NCBI GenBank assembly: GCA_046314355.1
Contig: JBKBWQ010000001.1
Coordinates: forward strand, 832,001 to 896,000
Direction of reading: 5' to 3'
DNA length: 64,000 bases
From: Candidatus Altimarinota bacterium
Lineage (GTDB): Bacteria > Patescibacteriota > Gracilibacteria > 1-14-2-50-48-13
A program made the position numbers and the translations under genes. Under the pieces are notes generated by a model, which saw only the letters and a program-made list of their open reading frames with translations, searched no databases and was not told where the DNA came from. This document shows positions 60,621 to 64,000 of this stretch, in pieces. Each line of letters starts with the position of its first letter. Position 1 is the first letter of the stretch.

Positions 60621-61985
60621 TTATTTCTTCTTACTATAATACTTCTTCTTCCCCATTCCTGTTCCATTTGGTTTCTGCGGGGCTCTTCCTGGTATAAATT
60701 TTGTGTTCTCAGGATACCTAGTAAACTTCTTTGGTTCTCCCTGCACTGCAGGTTTCTTTGAAAAGTCTTTTCTTTTAGGCCCATGATACGGCTGACCAGG
60801 CTTAGACTTTCCCTTTGCTTTAGGTACATAGAAAGCTTCATCAGGAAACTTCACAAAGAATGGATGGATATCTTCTACAGGAATATTTTTTGCGATAAGT
60901 TTTTCAATATCTACAAGATTCGGACATTCCTGCTCATCACAGAAAGAAAGTGCTGTACCTCCAAGCCCTGCTCTTCCGGTACGACCGATTCGGTGTACAT
61001 ATGTCTCAGGTTCTTCCGGCAGTTCAAAGTTTACTACGTGTGAAAGTTCATCAATATCGATACCTCTTGCTGCGATATCTGTTGCAACTAGTACACGGAT
61101 TTTCCCTGCTTTAAATTCACTCAAAGCTTTCTGACGGGCATTTTGAGATTTGTTGCCGTGAATTGCAAGGGCGTCGATACCTTTTGCTTTGAGATGATCC
61201 ACAAGCTGATTTGCTCCTCTCTTTGTCCTTGTAAATACAAGTAGAGATTCAATGGCGGGATCTTTTAAAATATGTACAAGCAGATCTTTCTTTTTACTTT
61301 TCTGAACAAAATATACAGACTGTTTAATCTTTTTTACAGTAGAAGCGGTAGGAGTCACTTCTATCTTGATAGGATTCTTGAGAATACTGTCCGCAAGCTT
61401 CATGATCTCTGGAGCCACAGTGGCAGAAAAGAACAATGACTGTCTAGACGTAGGAAGATACGTAATAATCCTCTTCACATCATGTATGAATCCCATATCC
61501 AGCATTCGGTCAGCCTCATCCAAGACAAAGATTTCAATCTCACGAAGATTGATAAAACCCTGTCCAATAAGGTCGAGAAGTCTTCCCGGAGTAGCGACAA
61601 GAACATCCACACCTTGGGAGAGTTTATTCACCTGATTTCCCTGCCCTACACCTCCAAAAATCACTGTATGTTTAATATCAGCATATCTTCCGTACGCGTC
61701 AAAGCTTTCTCCAATCTGAATAGCAAGTTCACGAGTAGGCGTACAAATAAGAGTTCTAAGTTTTCTTTTTTGCGTAGGGTCCTTTTTACTATTTTGAAGT
61801 ATATGGAGAATAGGCAGTGAAAATGCTGCAGTTTTACCAGTACCTGTCTGGGCGATACCAAATACATCACTACGTTTTAATATAGGTGGAATTGACCGTT
61901 CCTGAATAGGAGTAGGTATTGTGTACCCCTCTTCATCAAGAGCTTTCTGAATAATCGGTAGAAGACCTAGTTTTTCAAATAACAT
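60621..61985 (-). CDS. rhlE: DEAD-box RNA helicase RhlE-like
   Basis: PTPIQ, AQTGTGKTAAF, PTRELA, TPGRL, DEAD, SAT, IHGNKSQNAR, ARGID, HRIGRTGRAG; basic tail. Confidence 0.93.
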   Translation of the reverse strand: MLFEKLGLLPIIQKALDEEGYTIPTPIQERSIPPILKRSDVFGIAQTGTGKTAAFSLPILHILQNSKKDPTQKRKLRTLICTPTRELAIQIGESFDAYGRYADIKHTVIFGGVGQGNQVNKLSQGVDVLVATPGRLLDLIGQGFINLREIEIFVLDEADRMLDMGFIHDVKRIITYLPTSRQSLFFSATVAPEIMKLADSILKNPIKIEVTPTASTVKKIKQSVYFVQKSKKKDLLVHILKDPAIESLLVFTRTKRGANQLVDHLKAKGIDALAIHGNKSQNARQKALSEFKAGKIRVLVATDIAARGIDIDELSHVVNFELPEEPETYVHRIGRTGRAGLGGTALSFCDEQECPNLVDIEKLIAKNIPVEDIHPFFVKFPDEAFYVPKAKGKSKPGQPYHGPKRKDFSKKPAVQGEPKKFTRYPENTKFIPGRAPQKPNGTGMGKKKYYSKKK

Positions 61986-62150
61986 TTTTCTTATAAATAA
62001 CTGAATTGTAATTGTACTGCATATTGACAGACCTTTAGAGCAAATGCAACGCTATAAAGGACTCTTTCATATTAATTATACTCCAAATTACAGTTTTGAG
62101 CAGATTATTTATTACCAGTCTTCTATTTAAAGGAAATGAAGAGCTAAACA

Positions 62151-62188
62151 AAACCCCCTTCTCTCTCATCTAAGTGAGAAGGGGGTTT
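62151..62188 (-). terminator. Intrinsic terminator
   Basis: aaacccccttctc...gagaagggggttt. Confidence 0.75.
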
Positions 62189-62194
62189 CCCATA

Positions 62195-62575
62195 TTATTT
62201 CCAGATTTTCTTCCAAAGATAATAGGAACTAAACATCACGATAAGACATATAATCGGGATCAATAATCCTACAAATAACATATTTCCAATATTTGGTGCA
62301 AAAGATATCGCTACACATGCTCCGATGAGATCAAATGTAAATCCTGCATATGCCCATTCTTTAATAGTCTTAAACTTATTTTGGATAAGAGCAATTGCAC
62401 CAAAAGTCTTTGCAGTTCCAAGGATCAAAAGAAAGTGGTCAGGATACCCCATCTGCTTTAAAGCCTGATCTCCTACTGAGTATGCGTAAAATTCTGCAAT
62501 TCCTGAGAGAAACATAAATGCTGCAAAAATCCCCGTAAGAATCCAGTAGGTAATTTGAAGAGCTTTTGTGCTCAT
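62195..62575 (-). CDS. DoxX-like family membrane protein
   Basis: YWILTG, MGYPDHF, LGTAK, KEWAYAGF. Confidence 0.9.
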   Translation of the reverse strand: MSTKALQITYWILTGIFAAFMFLSGIAEFYAYSVGDQALKQMGYPDHFLLILGTAKTFGAIALIQNKFKTIKEWAYAGFTFDLIGACVAISFAPNIGNMLFVGLLIPIICLIVMFSSYYLWKKIWK

Positions 62576-62611
62576 TTGTTTGGAGTAATTGAGAGAGTAA
62601 ATTTAGAAGAA

Positions 62612-63013
62612 TTATTGTACCTGATTAGGATCCATATATACTACTTCCCAAATATGTCCGTCTAGATCCTGAAAACTCTTACTCACCATAAAGCCATAAT
62701 CCTGAGGAGCATTCCCTTCTGTCCCACCTGCAGCAAGTGCTTTCTGATACATTTCCTCTACTTCTTCCTTACTCTCAGCAGAAAAGGCATTCATTACTTC
62801 TACGTTATTAGTAGCATCCACAGGTGTTTTTTTTGTAAAACTCTGAAAGAATTCTGGAGTGAGAATCATGAGAAAAATATTATCTGCCATGACAATACAT
62901 GCAGCACTTTCGTTCGTAAACTGTTCATTAATAGTAAATCCAAGTTCAGTGTAGAATGTCTTTGATTTTTCAATATCTTTTACGCAGAGATTTACAAAGA
63001 TACTTCTTGCCAT
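62612..63013 (-). CDS. VOC/glyoxalase family protein
   Basis: IFVNLCVKDIEKSKTFY..LGF, ALAAGG, DYGFM..SFQDLDGHIWEV. Confidence 0.92.
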   Translation of the reverse strand: MARSIFVNLCVKDIEKSKTFYTELGFTINEQFTNESAACIVMADNIFLMILTPEFFQSFTKKTPVDATNNVEVMNAFSAESKEEVEEMYQKALAAGGTEGNAPQDYGFMVSKSFQDLDGHIWEVVYMDPNQVQ

Positions 63014-63046
63014 ATTTTTAAGATAAATATATAAATTACTTTTTTA

Positions 63047-63313
63047 TTACTTCTTTTCAGAAAGTTCCTTGATTTTCACAAGCGCCTTTTCCCAGGCAAT
63101 TGACATTGAATCATAGTTGTCCTCATCCATAGGAGCTTCTATGGAAAGATGAGAGACACCATCTTCATTACTAGAGAGACGGTATGTTTCTGTAGTGCCA
63201 GTAAATGACTTCACCATTTCACTTTCATAATCTTCTACTCCACCCTGAAGAAAACCGTTGTACTCTACTGTCACTATCTCTTCAGGAACATGCTCTACTA
63301 TCTTTCCGATCAT
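63047..63313 (-). pseudogene. 5'-truncated SRPBCC-domain gene
   Basis: Only the C-terminal half is present (GMIGKIVE..P.E..TVEY.G, ETYRL, WEKALVKIKELSE); in-frame stop about 21 codons upstream. Confidence 0.55.
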
Positions 63314-63380
63314 ACCAAAGTCGTCTAGTGTAAAAGCTAAGAAATTGAAAATACTGCTTACTACTGATTGGAACTTAAAA

Positions 63381-63827
63381 CTATTTCTTCTCCTCTAAAC
63401 AATCCTGTTTTGAAAAATTGAGCATCCAGTCAAAACCGTATTTATCAGTGACCATACCAAACATATCTCCCCAGAATTCAGTTTTTACCTCTGAACCGAC
63501 TTCTCCTCCCTTTGAAAGATTTGCAAAGAAAGTTCTGATCTCCTCTTCACTCTTGCAGTGAATACAGACAGTCATTGCATTTCCAATAGTATATTTTACT
63601 CCGTCGGCGTATTCCATCATCACATCTGATGCAAGCAGGATAGATTCGCCATCTTTCATCAAAGCAGAATGCATCACTCTCTTCTTGGAAGCTTCATCAA
63701 AATCACCCGCAGCAGGGCTATCTCCTACTTTCATAATCTGAGCTTCAGCACCAAGAGCATCTGCATAAAAATTCATAGCTTCTTCGCAGTTACCATCAAA
63801 CATGAGGTAAGGATTGATCATTGTCAT
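63381..63827 (-). CDS. PhnB-like VOC family protein
   Basis: INPYLMFDGNCEEAMNFY, VMHSAL, ASD, FWGDMFGMVTDKYGFDWM. Confidence 0.92.
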   Translation of the reverse strand: MTMINPYLMFDGNCEEAMNFYADALGAEAQIMKVGDSPAAGDFDEASKKRVMHSALMKDGESILLASDVMMEYADGVKYTIGNAMTVCIHCKSEEEIRTFFANLSKGGEVGSEVKTEFWGDMFGMVTDKYGFDWMLNFSKQDCLEEKK

Positions 63828-63898
63828 AATACGAGGAACAAAATATAAAGTAACTAAAGTGTATCGCTACTGTGTTTTTATCGCAACGATTTGGAATA

Positions 63899-64000
63899 TT
63901 ATTTCTTGAAAGAAATATTTTTCTCTTTCATAGCTTCTTTTAAGATTTGTATTCCTTTCGGTCCCATACCGTGAAGAGCCAAAAGATCTTTTTCAGAATA
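63899..64000 (-). CDS. Partial small helix-hairpin-helix (RNAP alpha-CTD-like) DNA-binding protein, 3' end
   Basis: YSEKDLLALHGMGPKGIQILKEAMKEKNISFKK*. Confidence 0.75.
   Translation of the reverse strand, partial: YSEKDLLALHGMGPKGIQILKEAMKEKNISFKK

Overview
AT-rich chromosomal window from a Patescibacteria (CPR)-type bacterium. The lineage is inferred from VirB2-like pilins, a stand-alone type IV coupling ATPase and SLH surface proteins. Code 11 gives full-length genes, so it looks Peregrinibacteria-like rather than a UGA-recoded Gracilibacterium. Most genes are dispersed housekeeping or envelope genes (dprA, rsmI, queA, mraY, lexA, tsaD, efp, der, tgt, hpf, murJ, sbcDC, rhlE, glycosyltransferases, flippase, O-antigen ligase, M23 peptidases, a 2884-aa SLH adhesin). 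I saw no tRNA, rRNA, CRISPR array or transposase. Main observations: (1) a 1029-aa toxin-like protein with two divergent GGDEF-like domains, one with metal ligands and one degenerate, followed by a small immunity-like gene; (2) an intact M16 metallopeptidase translationally coupled between sbcD and sbcC; (3) a four-way-junction RNA leader with SD and ATA start upstream of a LysM-M23 hydrolase; (4) a 435-bp structured non-coding element in two copies; (5) a hammerhead-like fold with variant core; (6) a P-type ATPase-derived protein lacking all catalytic motifs; (7) triple-pilin fusions; (8) a dispersed foldback minisatellite family and two small genes missed by the ORF track. All calls come from reading motifs by eye; no database search or folding program was run.
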